A stretch of 64,000 nt of DNA from Massalongia carnosa (Eukaryota): contig OZ287070.1 of the NCBI GenBank assembly GCA_965645245.1, forward strand, positions 310,001 through 374,000. Reading direction: 5' to 3'. The notes beneath the pieces are model-generated. The model worked only from the letters and a program-made list of their open reading frames with translations. It was not told the origin of the DNA and made no database searches. Made by a program: the position numbers and the translations under genes. Below are positions 25,288 to 38,088 of the stretch, in pieces; the stretch's first letter is position 1; the number at the start of each line of letters is the position of its first letter.

Positions 25288-27448
25288 GTGAAATTTGTCG
25301 TTTTGTTTGTCTGGCGATCGGTCCATCGATCGACCGGGCGATCTAGTCAACTAGGTAATCAGCGAATCTTTTCGCTCAGGACTGGAATTGAATGACTGAC
25401 ATACACACACAGAGACACAGGCACAAACACACGAACTAGAAAATCAGTTTCTTCAGATATGCCGAAGTAGAAACCTCGTCGTTGCTGGATAGGCGGGATA
25501 GGATGTGTGTGTACACACCTGTATGTATGTATGTTAACTTGTAAGTATCCCAAAAAACCCCCTCTAGAAAAAATTAAAATAAAAGAACGGACCTGTGGAT
25601 CTGAGAAGGCGAAAGGAAAAGCAAGCAAGCCCGGGGTTTTTTTTATACTGCCAAAGAACAACCGAAGGGGGGGAGGGACAGCGAATAGGCGAGCAGACGG
25701 AGAGATGAGTCTTGGTTTGAGAAACAGCTGTGAAGTGTCGAAAGACAGATCCTCTGCAGGCGCGGTGGGGGGAGAAGAAGGGAATGGCCAATTTTCGTTT
25801 TCACGTCCTCGGGACTGTGGCGGGAAAAAGAAGTAGGATAAGGAGGAGGACGAACGGTTTCGTGGGCTAGGGGGTGTTGACACGTCTGCGTGAACTGAAT
25901 AAAGAGTTGAAAAGGGTTGTTTCGTTTCGTTGTTCCCCCCCCTTCTTTCTTTTCGTGAATCCGAGAGCCCCGAATCCCGGTTTTCTGCGGTGTGTGATTT
26001 TAGTCTTTCAGTCAATCCGTGTCAACGTCAAGAGCGTCGAGATTCATCCTCAGTAGACGCTGATGATGATAATCCAACTAAATCACCCAACCCACGCATT
26101 ATTCCCCTATTCCCCCGTCCAGGCGCCTCTGGAGGTAAAACCGTCAATAACAATAACGAACACGGACACGCAAACGTGAACGTGAACGGAAGACATAAAC
26201 AACAACAACAAAGAGCGTAAACGGGACACTTTAACATAAACAATGAAAGTGACAGACAGCGGCGATGGCGACGGCGACGGCGACTGCGACGAACACCACT
26301 ATCGTATCGCGTCTTGTTTGCCTGTATGGTCGAACGGGCTGAATGGGAGGGGCGTCGAAAATTCATCACCGCATACTTAGCTACTTACCTATTTACCAAA
26401 GATAACTATCACACCTGCCCACCAGTCACGCGGCTGTCTCATAAATTCGATTGATCATTCATCCATTTGTTTCACGGATTCACCTCACCCCCCTTCGACT
26501 CCAGCAAGCAAAACCCGGAACGCTTCCAAAGGCTCGAAAACCCAGGGAAAGGGGGGGAAGGGGGAGTCAAAGACTCGTGAATCGGAAATTTGGACACAAA
26601 GTTCCTATCGGCCCACGCCACGACGACACGCAGAGGTCCCATCTGCCGCTGGAGCCACACCAAAAAGGACAAAACCAAAAAAAAATTAAGGGGGGATTAA
26701 GGAGTTTCGGAGAGGGGTGGGGTTGTTGGCAGGTGGATTGATGAATGAATGGATGGATGGATGGATGGATTAGGGGGAGGTTTAAGGTGTTTGGTATATA
26801 AAAATGAATAAATGGATGAATAAACGAAAAAGGAGGAGGCTGGAGGCTGGAGGCTAGAAGCCCGAAAACGAGAAGATAAAATATAAATCACCCTTGTTGG
26901 AGAGGAGATATAGGTATATTTATATATAATATAAACACTACGAGAGGGGTGGGGGGGGGGGCCGGAAGTCACTCCGCCTCTATCCAGGCAAAACGAGAGT
27001 AGGATATATGAGATATGTAGAGGTGGTGCAAAGGAAAAGGTAGAAGTGGAAATAATATAGAACCCGTAGAGATTTATATATATAATCATAAGGAGGGGGG
27101 GGGGGGGTCCAAGAGAAACGGGATGGAGAAATGATGGGTGTCGTCAGGAGGGATTCCACACGGCTCTAACGAAAATGATTCAAGAAGAAGACTGACGAAC
27201 GGGTGACCGTACAGAATGGCAGCGTGCGCGGTTAATTCCACGAGCCGGTGGGGGCCCAGATACCTCCATCCGGCTTCCACCTGCTCGCGGAAGAACGCCT
27301 GTTCCTCCGCCTGCATCCAGGCTTGCCATGCCAGCGCTTCCGCCGCATCGTGCGCGTCCTGCGCAGCCGACACCCAACCCCCATTCTGCCCACCCGGCCC
27401 CAAGTTCCCTCCGCTCGTGTCCGCCGCGTACCCTCGAAGAGCCGCCTC

Positions 27449-27679
27449 TCACCGGTTGAAGATCAACTGGTCCTGACAAGACCAACACAGGACCCACACG
27501 CGCACCGGGACCACAGAACCCCATCCGGGCAGGCACTGCAGGTAGGCGGTACGGTTGGTGTAGGTGGAGCCGACATAGCTGCTGGCAAGCTCGCGCCAGG
27601 AAACGTGACAGCGGGTAAGAAAGCGGACAGCTTGGTCGACATGGTCGCAAGCGTAGATATAGCGGAAGTATAGACACAT
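27449..27679 (-). CDS. Small Cys/His motif protein MC-x8-CDH...CxxC (paralog B); the frame stays open beyond the TGA to 27086
   Basis: Start context CAAAATG; MCLYFRYIYACDH...RC...LQCLP.WGSVVPVRVWVLCWSC; the same frame continues 120 codons after the TGA at 27449-27451. Confidence 0.7.
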   Translation of the reverse strand: MCLYFRYIYACDHVDQAVRFLTRCHVSWRELASSYVGSTYTNRTAYLQCLPGWGSVVPVRVWVLCWSCQDQLIFNR

Positions 27680-28902
27680 TTTGAGAAGTGGGTTTGGTGG
27701 TAAAGCTTCAGTTTAAGGGGTGAATGTTAGGTTTCGAAAGGGTAGTTTGCTGCGTTAGGAGGGGTTTTATTTACAATGGTAGTAGCTGTTGCTATGGAAA
27801 TGGGGGAAATTTGGGTCATACAGTGTATTGGTTAAACCGGTGGAGGATGCGTAATATTGAAGCTTGATGATTTGAGGATATTGGTGTAAGGAGAAGTCCC
27901 ACGAGAGAAAGTTGCTTTCCACTAACACTTAGTATATAACCCTAGAACGAAACGAGGGCAGATGAAAGAAAGGGCGGTTAGTGTTGAAGAACCAGATTTG
28001 CTAGAGGCTAAATTAAATGAGACAAGCCATGCGAAGGGCCAAGGTAGCGCGAGTTTCGAGGTGACATGCATGAAATGGTCTCGAACGATATAACGGTATG
28101 TTTTGAAAAGGGGCTTGGGCAATAGTCTACGAAAGATGACCGTACATACTGGTATATATAATATAGAGGAAGAGCGAGTTTGGCTTTCAACACTGATCAT
28201 TGGCAGGCATTCAGCCCATGAGAAGCTGGTTAGCGAGTCCACGTATATAAAATGGCTCATGGTCTAGGCTATTGGCGTCGTAGGCTTCTTACTCTAGATG
28301 CTAAAGCAAGAACCAAGAAAGGCAGGAAATGGGAAGTCCAAGTCGGAAAACTCTGAGAGTAACTGGATTTAAACCTAGATGAACTGTTTTCTCGCTCGAT
28401 GATTGGAACAATCCCTCCCATGGGTAATCCTGCCACCTGGCTATTTGAGGACATTTCCGACACGCTGACAGGATGAGCTTGGTCTTGCATTGGAAGGGTT
28501 CTGGTAGTATGTGCCAGACGCCTCGGTGAACCCTCCAGATTGGAAATAATTGGTCGATAATGTTTGCCCTTGAAGTCCCCTCGCATATTAATATAGATTA
28601 TGGTATCATGGCTGTGAAGATGGTCTTCGACTTACAGCTCCGCCCCCATGAAGTCTCTAAACGGCAATCTTGAGCCAAACCTTCCGGGATAATAGCGTCG
28701 CTATAAGGGCTAGAGGGCTTCAAGTTCCCATGAAGTAAACAGTAGCAACAACAGGGCATGACAGCGCACTTCCAACATCAAATCAGTACTATACTCTTAA
28801 TCCAGTGATCAACTTCCTCAGCTTCACACCCGACATTGAAAGCAAGAATTGGTATCCAGCCTTGAAGAAACATGGGTTTTCATGAATTCGGATAATCCTC
28901 AA

Positions 28903-29160
28903 TCAGGCCCGATGATCTCTCATTGTTCCCCTATACTGCCAGCCAGGGATTTGACATTCCGGGCAAAGGTCCCAATGCGGATGTTCGACCAGGTTGACGT
29001 TCGCTTGCGGTGAACACTGCCACGGCCAGTGGAAACACAGTCCTCGCTCGTTCGGGTTGTATATACGCCTGAACTGTTCCCGGGTTCTTGAGCAGCCGAA
29101 TCGATACTGATAATCACCGTGGTGGCCGCAAGCGAATCGTGTAGTGCTCCAATAACACAT
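28903..29160 (-). CDS. Small Cys/His motif protein MC-x8-CGH...CxxC (paralog C, 85 aa)
   Basis: MCYWSTTRFACGH...FGC...WPWQCSP..NVNLV..WDLCPEC; same motif order as paralogs A and B. Confidence 0.7.
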   Translation of the reverse strand: MCYWSTTRFACGHHGDYQYRFGCSRTREQFRRIYNPNERGLCFHWPWQCSPQANVNLVEHPHWDLCPECQIPGWQYRGTMRDHRA

Positions 29161-30355
29161 GTGAACGGGATTCGGAGGCAAGGGCTGTGGGTAAAACAAG
29201 AGAGCAAATGAGAGTAGAAATTAGTGACTAGGAGTGAAACGGAAAGGGCTTTGATGAGATGATTTTCTGAACTTGGGAGTCTCTGAAAACCAAATCAAGC
29301 TAGTTGGCATACCCTATTTGCAGCTTGCAGTCCTTGCTGATAGTGTCCTTTTTATTTTGACTCAAAGAGTAAGATAGGGGCTGTAATCTTGATGCCACGA
29401 AGATCTTATATATGAGTTCCTGTCACTTTAAGAGTCATACCAGCGTGGCCCGCTAGACAGCAGCTTCATGTAGGTTCCTGCCGGCTCAATCCAAGATCCG
29501 AAGAAATTTCTCGAAGAGTTTGGTGAATATGGCATTTGGAGTGCTGAGCCGGCAGGCTCATGCAAGAGCCAAACATTTTATAGTTGTTCGTCCGGTTTTG
29601 GATCCTGAAGGTCCTTCAATCCAACCATTCAGTTTCGTGGCACATGCTGTTGCGGATCGACTGGTGAAGCACTTGTAAAGGATGAAAACTCCATCCAGTC
29701 AGCATCTTGCAAGCTCCACAAGTGACACCAATGCAGCAAACAACAAAGCGAATGAAGGTTGTCACAGTAGTTCGACTTGAGGGTTTCTCAAGCCCAGCAA
29801 TCAAAGCTGTGCCTCAGGCAAACGTGATTGGACGATGGAAACACGTTTTTCAATGATGATGAACCCGGAAGATTGAAATTTATAGTATAACGAAAGGAAA
29901 AGGCAATACTTGGCCATGACGAGCAAGTACAGCAAATGAAGCACCGGAATTTTGGTGAGGTCAGTCGTCGTTTGAGGGCTTCCCCTCCGGATGTTTTTAC
30001 CACCCGACAACCTTAAGTCTGGCGAGCTGCATACTCTCTACCTGTCCATGCGTATAATTATGTATCCGTGAGTCGATATCGGTTGACAGGATTATCGCCA
30101 GGGCTTAGTTAATGCTAAGCTGTTGCGCTGCTCGAGTCGTTGGCTTGTTCAAAATGCCCTGGGGCTAGGTGTGAAGTTATGCATTCAAAGATGATATTAG
30201 AGACTAAACCCATCCTCCGTTGCTGATCAATCCCCAGATGCTGGTTGGTGTGCTATCGCCCCGAACAGCCAACAAGCACCATCGATGAGCAATATGCATG
30301 AGAATGGTATCCGAACCAATTACTCCCCCCAATGAACCCTATCCGATGCCAACAA

Positions 30356-31959
30356 TCACAACACGAGCATACCCATGAAAGCAACCAAGACAGCGAATAC
30401 GGATCCCTGTACCGCCTTCTCTCCTTTTGGCAGAGCATTGTTGCTGTTTTTCGTCATCGTCGCATCTCCTTGAGAGAAACCACCAATTCCTGTCGGGGTT
30501 GCACTATTCGCAGGCGTTGTGTCACCCGGCGACGATCCGGCCCCAGAGTCAGAGCCGGAGCCTGAGCCTGATCCTGCTCCCGATCCAGAGCCGGGGTTGG
30601 ACCCAGACCCAGAATTTGAGCCTGAGCCTTTACTAGAGCCTGAACCGCTATTTTGGCCATTATTTCCGTTGTTGGTATCCGAAGGTCTTTGCCCATTGGT
30701 GCCTGGACCAGCTCCAGACAAACCGGGTATAATGGCGATATCGGTCGTCGCTGCTGAAGCGTGGGCACTGGATGTCCCGGACGGCTTGGCCGGCTGTGGA
30801 AAATCCTTGTTCATGTCGGTTCCGGTCCCCAGCAGCGACTTCAAGATGGTTTGGTCGTTCGTCTCGGCAACCGAGGAGTTGGTTCCATCCGGAGAGGTGT
30901 AAATATAGGCTTTAGATCCAGTGACGTTGGCTCCGGTTTGGGGGGTGTAACAGTCCACGTTGACATCCTTGAAGATGGCGTAATAATACCCATTCGCCTG
31001 GACATCCGCGCTGTTCCAATTCACCAACCCACCGGCCCACTCGATCGTACCCTTTCCGTTTTTGGGCGACCCGGCCGGCCAGAGGGAGAGCTGAACCCGG
31101 GATGGCGTTTGAGGATAGTGAAAGGAATTGGTGGTGCTGTTAAAGGTATCGCTTTTCTTGACCGTGCGCATAACCTTGCCGTCAATGGACCAAGTGATCT
31201 GATCTGGCTTCCAGTCGAACTCATAGGTATGATAGGTATCGAAGGTGTTCCCTTGTGAAATCGGGAGGTTGGCTCCATTATGATCTACCCATATCAGCCC
31301 TGACATCAAGGGTCTCCGATCTGGCACCACTTACAGTCCGTAACTCCTTGAAAATAGTAGTTGGATTGTGCGTTTGCCAAGTCTGCCCCCACGAATTCGA
31401 AATCGATTTCATCCTTGACGTCCGAGAGGAGAATGAACGCTGACACCACACCGGCTCCTCGGCTCGACTTCATCTGCGCGGAGACTTTCCCATACCACAC
31501 GTATGATGTTGTTGCCAAGAGCGTTCCCGACGAGCTGGCTCCGTTTTCCGACAAGGTCAGGAGAACCTGATTTTCAAAGGCCTTCGGCGTACCGCTTGAT
31601 ACCCATTTCGTCTTCGAGGCATCTCCGAGGTATTCGGTGTTCGGTGTGATCCCATCCAGCGAGGACAATTTATAGTCTTGATTGTTGCACGAAGGAGCTG
31701 GAACACACGATCGGAGTGAATTTGAATGCAGGGGGTCACAACCGCCGAGGCAATATGCCCCCACCCCACAGGCACCGTATTCTACATCGCCACCGCCATG
31801 AGCATCGCTTCGCACGGTGACAAGGATTCTTTACATACGAGAACAGCAGGGTTTGTCTGAAGGACATAGTTTCCCTGCTCCGCATTCACCCTCGGTCTGC
31901 TGCGCGAGAACCGCGGACAGGATGAGAACGACCGCAGCCAGTCCTAGCAAGTTGATCAT
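30356..31959 (-). CDS. UTR2: GPI-anchored chitin-glucan transglycosylase, GH16 Crh family with N-terminal CBM18 (3 exons)
   Basis: Signal peptide, CPSDKPCCSQYGACGVGAYCLGGCDP (CBM18), catalytic DEIDFE, YPQTPSRVQLSLWPAG, Gly/Ser/Asn linker and hydrophobic GPI tail GSVFAVLVAFMGMLVL. Confidence 0.92.
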
Positions 31960-34900
31960 AGTAACGATTTTTATAGGCCAACGACTGTGGTGGATTTTTC
32001 CCTGAGAGATTTGGTCCTTCGTCCTGCGAGGTCTTGGTCGATGTTGGCGGCGGATGACCTAGCAAACGAAGAGCGGAGGATTAAAAATGGTAATTAATGG
32101 GTTTCACCCCTGTGAATTTCTTAAACGATGGTGAAGAATCAAACACGAAGCGAACGAGGACCCCAAAAACCCACAAGCCCGATCTGAATGTAAGCGAATG
32201 TGCTGTCGGCGATGTCGTCGTGGACAGAGAACAGAAGACAAAAGGCACAGCAAGGAGGCCATCTTGAAGAATGTGAGTCTTTTGGAGCTAACCCGTTCTT
32301 CTTCTTTTCCGCCGAACAAGGGAGGAAAGCGATTTGATGCGAATGATACGACTTCCCCAATGCGGAAAGGCGTAATATGAGGTTTCGTCTTTCATTGCGC
32401 CGTTAGCGCCATTTTAGCATCACATTAGTGTGGGTGGGGCTTCTGTCAGTTCATGCAAAGCACCTCCAGCATTCGGCCTTGGGTCCGTTCAGAGCCCACA
32501 TTACGTCATCCAATCAGCGACTCCGATCAGAGTGTCCAATCACCGTCACGGACGGAGCAGGGAAGAGGAGGGAAGAGGATTTGGTGGGGGGGGCTAAGTT
32601 TAGATTGGTCCATTTAGAGAAAGGAAATGACTTGTTCTGTCCACAAGCAGAATGGAGAGATTTTTTGTCTTTAACGTGGTGTAGACTAGGTACTACGGGA
32701 TTGAGTGTGAAGCAAAGTACAGAGTACCCTACATGGTGTGACGGTACCTTCATCATTGCCATCACGGAAAGTCCAACCTCGATGGCCATTTGAACGATCA
32801 ACGTCTCTTCTGATCATTCATCATCTCGAAGGCATACAAAGCCCATTCATTTTAATTCGGAGTCGCCACATCCCTCAGGCGGAAGCCTTTCGCCTCATCG
32901 ATCACGAAATGATACAGAGTATTTACAAAAGACACCACCATCTGCCCTCGATCACGGCCTGTCTTTCCTTTATAGAATCAAAACAACGAAAAAGAAAGGA
33001 CGCCCGAACGTGTGAAGATATGTACACTGGCTAGTCCATCGAGTCTAGGATTCCTAGCCCTTGAAGACCTGAGCGTATGCTCCCGCGTGATAAAAGAACC
33101 TTTTCGATGTGATACATATGAAAGCAGGAAATGATTTCACCCAGGCCCAGGTTTCCACGTCATGACTGTTTTTTATGTATATCAATATAGTAGCGTCATT
33201 ACCCTTATGTATGATGCATCGCTTAATGGCTTTATCAAAATAAAATAATAATAATAAAAAAATAAAAAACACACCAAGATAGTGCAGAGTACATAGTACA
33301 TGTATTGGGTCGATTTACGAAGTACTTAACCTCACTTGATGCACCTCGCCAACGGTCATGCATCCAGCAAGCTATGAATCATGAGATCATGTGATCTGTC
33401 GGTGTATGCGTCACTTTCTACAGATCCATACGGTATAGAGTACTTCGTACTTCATGGAGATGGAAGTTCATGCAGGGCCTTCACTGTATCAATTATCCTC
33501 TAAATACGTCAACTCAAGGCGCGGTCTCGTGCTCTTTCTATGCCCTAGAATATTACTTGTTAGGCCCCTTCGATACGGAGTCCTAGCTCATCATCTGCAT
33601 TGTCATCCTAATCAGACATTCTATATCCAACCACATTGCTTAGTGATCGAAGTCTGCTCGTATGGGTATGTTTGGGCTTTCCTGTTCTTTTCCCGATCTT
33701 CCTCTTCGGTGGTGACCCTTGCCCGAAGGCCTAACCTAGACCTGAGATGCGATGGAGTCGGAAGTCACAACGTGGCGAGTTACAGAGTACCTAAGTAGCA
33801 ATAGTGCTCCCTATGAGCAGCATTTGGTTTGGCACAACCGTTTAGACCTCCGTCCATCTTCTTGTGATTGGTTGACTGATAACGTGACTATCATATTTGC
33901 ATGAGTGGTTACCGAGCCCAATCACCGCCCTCGCTATATCCACCATACGCACTGAAGTACTGAAGTACACCTTCTGATTCACGCCCCCTCATCTCACTCT
34001 ACATCTATTGCTATCCAACACTCGATCTAGCTCGCCTGGGAGGCCAGAGACCCTTACCGGCAGGGATTTATTTGGGAAGGTGCAATGTCTCAGCTTCATG
34101 GAACAGCTTCTGCACCACTATGGAACGGAGCGCCGCCGTAACGAGAACCTTGAACTTACAACCCACATCCTTTTACGACTGATGGGTTAACTCAATCAAA
34201 GCAATAACGACGTCTACCAAGTGATCTTGACGGTCTCTGTCTTCATAGAAGGTGACACTGTCGACGATGCACAAGAAATGTGTTCCTTGCGGCAAAATCG
34301 CCACAACATCGGACAACAAATCGGAGAGATCCAGTATGTTCTAACAGAAACACGCTTTGGGCGAGCGTAAGGCGCGAACGGTCCGAGGATTGAGAATGAG
34401 ATCAAAACTAGGGAGTTGAAGGAGATGCAACGAAAGCTTCTGGAGCAACTGCCATATCAGCTGGTTCATCATGGCCACCGGATCGCAGTTATAGTCTTTC
34501 TTTCCATCCTGCTCGCGTCATCCCATGTGGCTATGGCGCCCGCAGAACCGTTGGACAGCAAAGAAATTTTCCTGACAGGCTTTCAATCGTTCGTCGTAGT
34601 CCAGAAACTGGCTAAGCCTGGCACACTGATACGAGACCGGCGTTTCCCGTTCTTCGCCTGCGGACTGTGAACTCACATGGCCGTTGACGAGCAGGATACT
34701 GGACTTCTTGCCTGTAAGCTACTGCATCAAGCTCTGGGACTATAGCATGATTCGAGCGCGATCTTGGGATTCGGGACTGAGCGTTCGTTCGAGGCCGAGA
34801 AGGGCGAAAACATCGTCGGTGGCGATGTTATATTTACTGGTGACGCTCAGCAGGCCAAGCAGCTTATCGAGATAGCCAGCGTTGCACAAGTTGAGTTTAC

Positions 34901-37168
34901 TGAGTCTATCAGCTCACGCCCAGGCTGCAGTCATGATGGGAGATGGTACTGAACCTGCTTGCGGCCTCATATTGAGTTTCTAGCCTTGAGGTGTACCAGC
35001 GTTCAGCCAACCCTTTTCAGGAACCGTACGTACTCTTGAGATAGTTCAGTGCGTGTGCAATTTGCTGGCTCTATAATCTCGTAATTTCTTGATGGTCATC
35101 TGGTTTGTTTACTGGAAACCTTTTGTTATAAGGGCGAATGAATGTTTATGATCCTGGGTTTTGTATGCTCTTTGTTAACCTTTGATCTAGGGAAAATGAT
35201 GCATAACAAAATGTATGTGAGCCTCGTTTCCGAACTTTCTCTTGATATCTTAGCCGTCCGCTATTTATGCTGTTGATCGAGGGAGCAGGACGTCTTGACT
35301 GTAGTGCTTCGGCGCCATGAGTCTTCTCATGAATTCTGCGTGACGGGTTTTCCTTTTTGAATCGCTTCCCGGATGTGTTTTTATAGTGAATCTAATCAGG
35401 CATTCCTTTCTCTGAATTTATTCTCAGCAAGATACTGCAATGAGATCATGAATTTAAGGTAATGTATTCCTCTCACCGAGTTCTTCTTTACGAGTTTACG
35501 AGTTTTCAAGATGAATCTTACATGAAGGGTTTCTTTCGCAACGAGTTCTCAACATTAACGTATCCACCTACTTTATATAAGAAATGTCTTCTCCTTGCCC
35601 CAAAATTTCGCTTTCGCAACGACTTTTGCTTGAGAAATAAATTTCTTGCATGGAAACATCTATACATATCTTAGATAGTTCCTAAATTCCCGTTACTACT
35701 ATTCCTCTTCGGCCTTGTTTCGACCCTCACGAATGAATGACTTGTAACACCCATACATGCATGCATACATATACAGCCTGAATCAGTTTCTGTGAAGGCA
35801 GGCGTGGGTAGATTCATTTATCCACCCTTTCTTTCTTTCGGCTGGTCGGCTGCATAACTATTTAGCTATCTACCTACATACACAGCCTACATAGCATGAA
35901 TGATATAAACAACGTTCGCTGAACCAATTTCTAACTCTTTTTTAGTCGAGTCGGGTTGAGCCGAATCGAGTGGGTTCGGGCCTTTCGTTCATCCGCTCTC
36001 TAGGAATGGTCTAGTCACTCCGATCTTACTCATCTTATCCTCATGATGAGTCTGTCTCATCCATCCATCCATCTAATACTGATTTCTCATCTTACTCAAA
36101 ACCAAAACCTTCGAATCTCCCACATCCCTTCTTTTCCGGACTTAACGATACAGGCAAGCAGACAGACAAATTGTCGGATCTTCTGATTCCTTCCCCTACG
36201 TTCACCTGCGCCCCCTTTCTTTCTTTCTTTCTTTCCTTCCTTGCCAAATCAAGTAAATCTCCCCTAGACCGAAAGATGATGGCCAAAACCGAGCGAGAGG
36301 CCACCGAACCGATCGAAATGATCGATAAATACCTAGGTTAGATCAAGTCGAGAAGAGAAATAAAGCAGAATTTAAAACAGAAAGAAAGAAAGAAGAAAAT
36401 TAAAAGTCAAAGAAACGTCTTTTGGGACGTACTCCCCCCCCCCCCCCCCTTTTTCCTCCTTATCCTCATCCTCATCCCTTTTCATCATAATTTCAAATGT
36501 CGACACCAAAAGATCTTACTCACTTACTCATCCACCCCTACCATTTACTCCTCTAATAACCGCCTATGTCAATGGAGTTATCTAACCTCCCTCTGTTGCC
36601 AGGATAAATAAATATATAAAAAAATCTCTAATAAGAGAAATTCCAAGCATACATAACCGAACGTTAGAGGGACATCCCCAGGAGAGGAGGGGAGGCTTGC
36701 TCGGTCATGGAATAGGTATTTGTTTGTTTGTTACCGTATATAATATAATCAGCGTAGACGGTGGGGTTCGCGAGTTGTTGAGGACATTTTGAGGGGATTT
36801 TACTAGGTTTCTTTCTTTTCCCTTTGGCCTTTCCCTCCTCTCGTCTCTCTTCCATCTTCGCGACCTACACAACAAGTCTGAACGTATCAATCATAGCTAT
36901 TTATTCGTCATTTTCTCTAAGCTCTCTATCCGTCTCTTCTCTTCTCTTCTCATCTCCCTTCTCCAACAGAGAACAAGGAACAGTAGAAGAAAGAAACAGA
37001 AATGTGGGAACCAATAAAAAGATAATGAAAGTTGACCATCTCATTCATCTCCTTCTCCTATCTATCTTTATCTTATCTAAACTTAACCGATCCCACTTCC
37101 AACAAAGCTTTCGGCTTGATAGACGGCAGATTGACAGAGAGATTAGTAGTTAGATTAGTAGACAGGCA

Positions 37169-37200
<32 letters not shown>

Positions 37201-38088
37201 TGTAAATAGATACCCCACCCCTCCCACTCCCCCCCCCCGTCCTTTTCAATACATTCCTAAGCGCAGCCCCCGTTCCTTAAATATAAAAAATGGAATGTAT
37301 TTCCATTTATCTAGATATCTCTATATCTATTTATTCATTCATTAACTCCCTTCCTCTCAGCCAGCTAGCCAATTCGTTCGTCTAGCCGATAGTCCAATCA
37401 ATCAACCAACCAGTCAGTTCGTTTGTGCTGTCTATCTGTCTATCTATATAGTTCGGATTTCGCTCTCTCTCTTTCTTTCTTCCCAATTCTCCAGTTCTCA
37501 ACCTCACAGCTACACATAAACCCCTTCGCACCTCTCCGCACTCTCTCTCACTCTCTTACTCTTTCCACCCCCCCCCCTCCACCCCCCTCCCGGGGCATAC
37601 GTCCATATCGCACAGTGTCGTGTTGCACACCCTAAGGTTTCTGGAAAACAACGAGGAAAATTAACATCTATCTATTTTGCAGGAGCGAGATTTCCGACAT
37701 GGTTAGTTAAGATGTCACGCTGAGAGCTATATCCTACCTAGTTAGTGTGGCGCGCTTGTGGAGGTAGTACATGGGGATGGGATGGGATGGGATTGGATGG
37801 GATGAGTAGAAGGAAGTGGTGGTATGGATTAACGGTCGATATCGAACTAGCTGAGTCACGCATCTATTTCGCTAACTGCTTACTTCCATACTTTTGTCCC
37901 CTCCCTTTTCCTCTATGTATACTTACTTACCTATCTATATAAATACCTATTTCGTTCTCGCTTTCCCCATGCCTTGAAATGTTGAGGGCTTCGTTCGATT
38001 CCATTCGATTCACTATTTTCCCAATCCCCAATCCGCATATGCACATAAAATGGTACAGTGCATTTATCTATCTATATTAATCAACCAT

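Noticed and set aside
29615..29645. Minus-strand ATG TGC (MCHETEWLD*) upstream of paralog C as a possible fourth MC-motif gene
   Set aside because: Stops after 9 codons and the downstream frame lacks the C[GD]H and CxxC landmarks.
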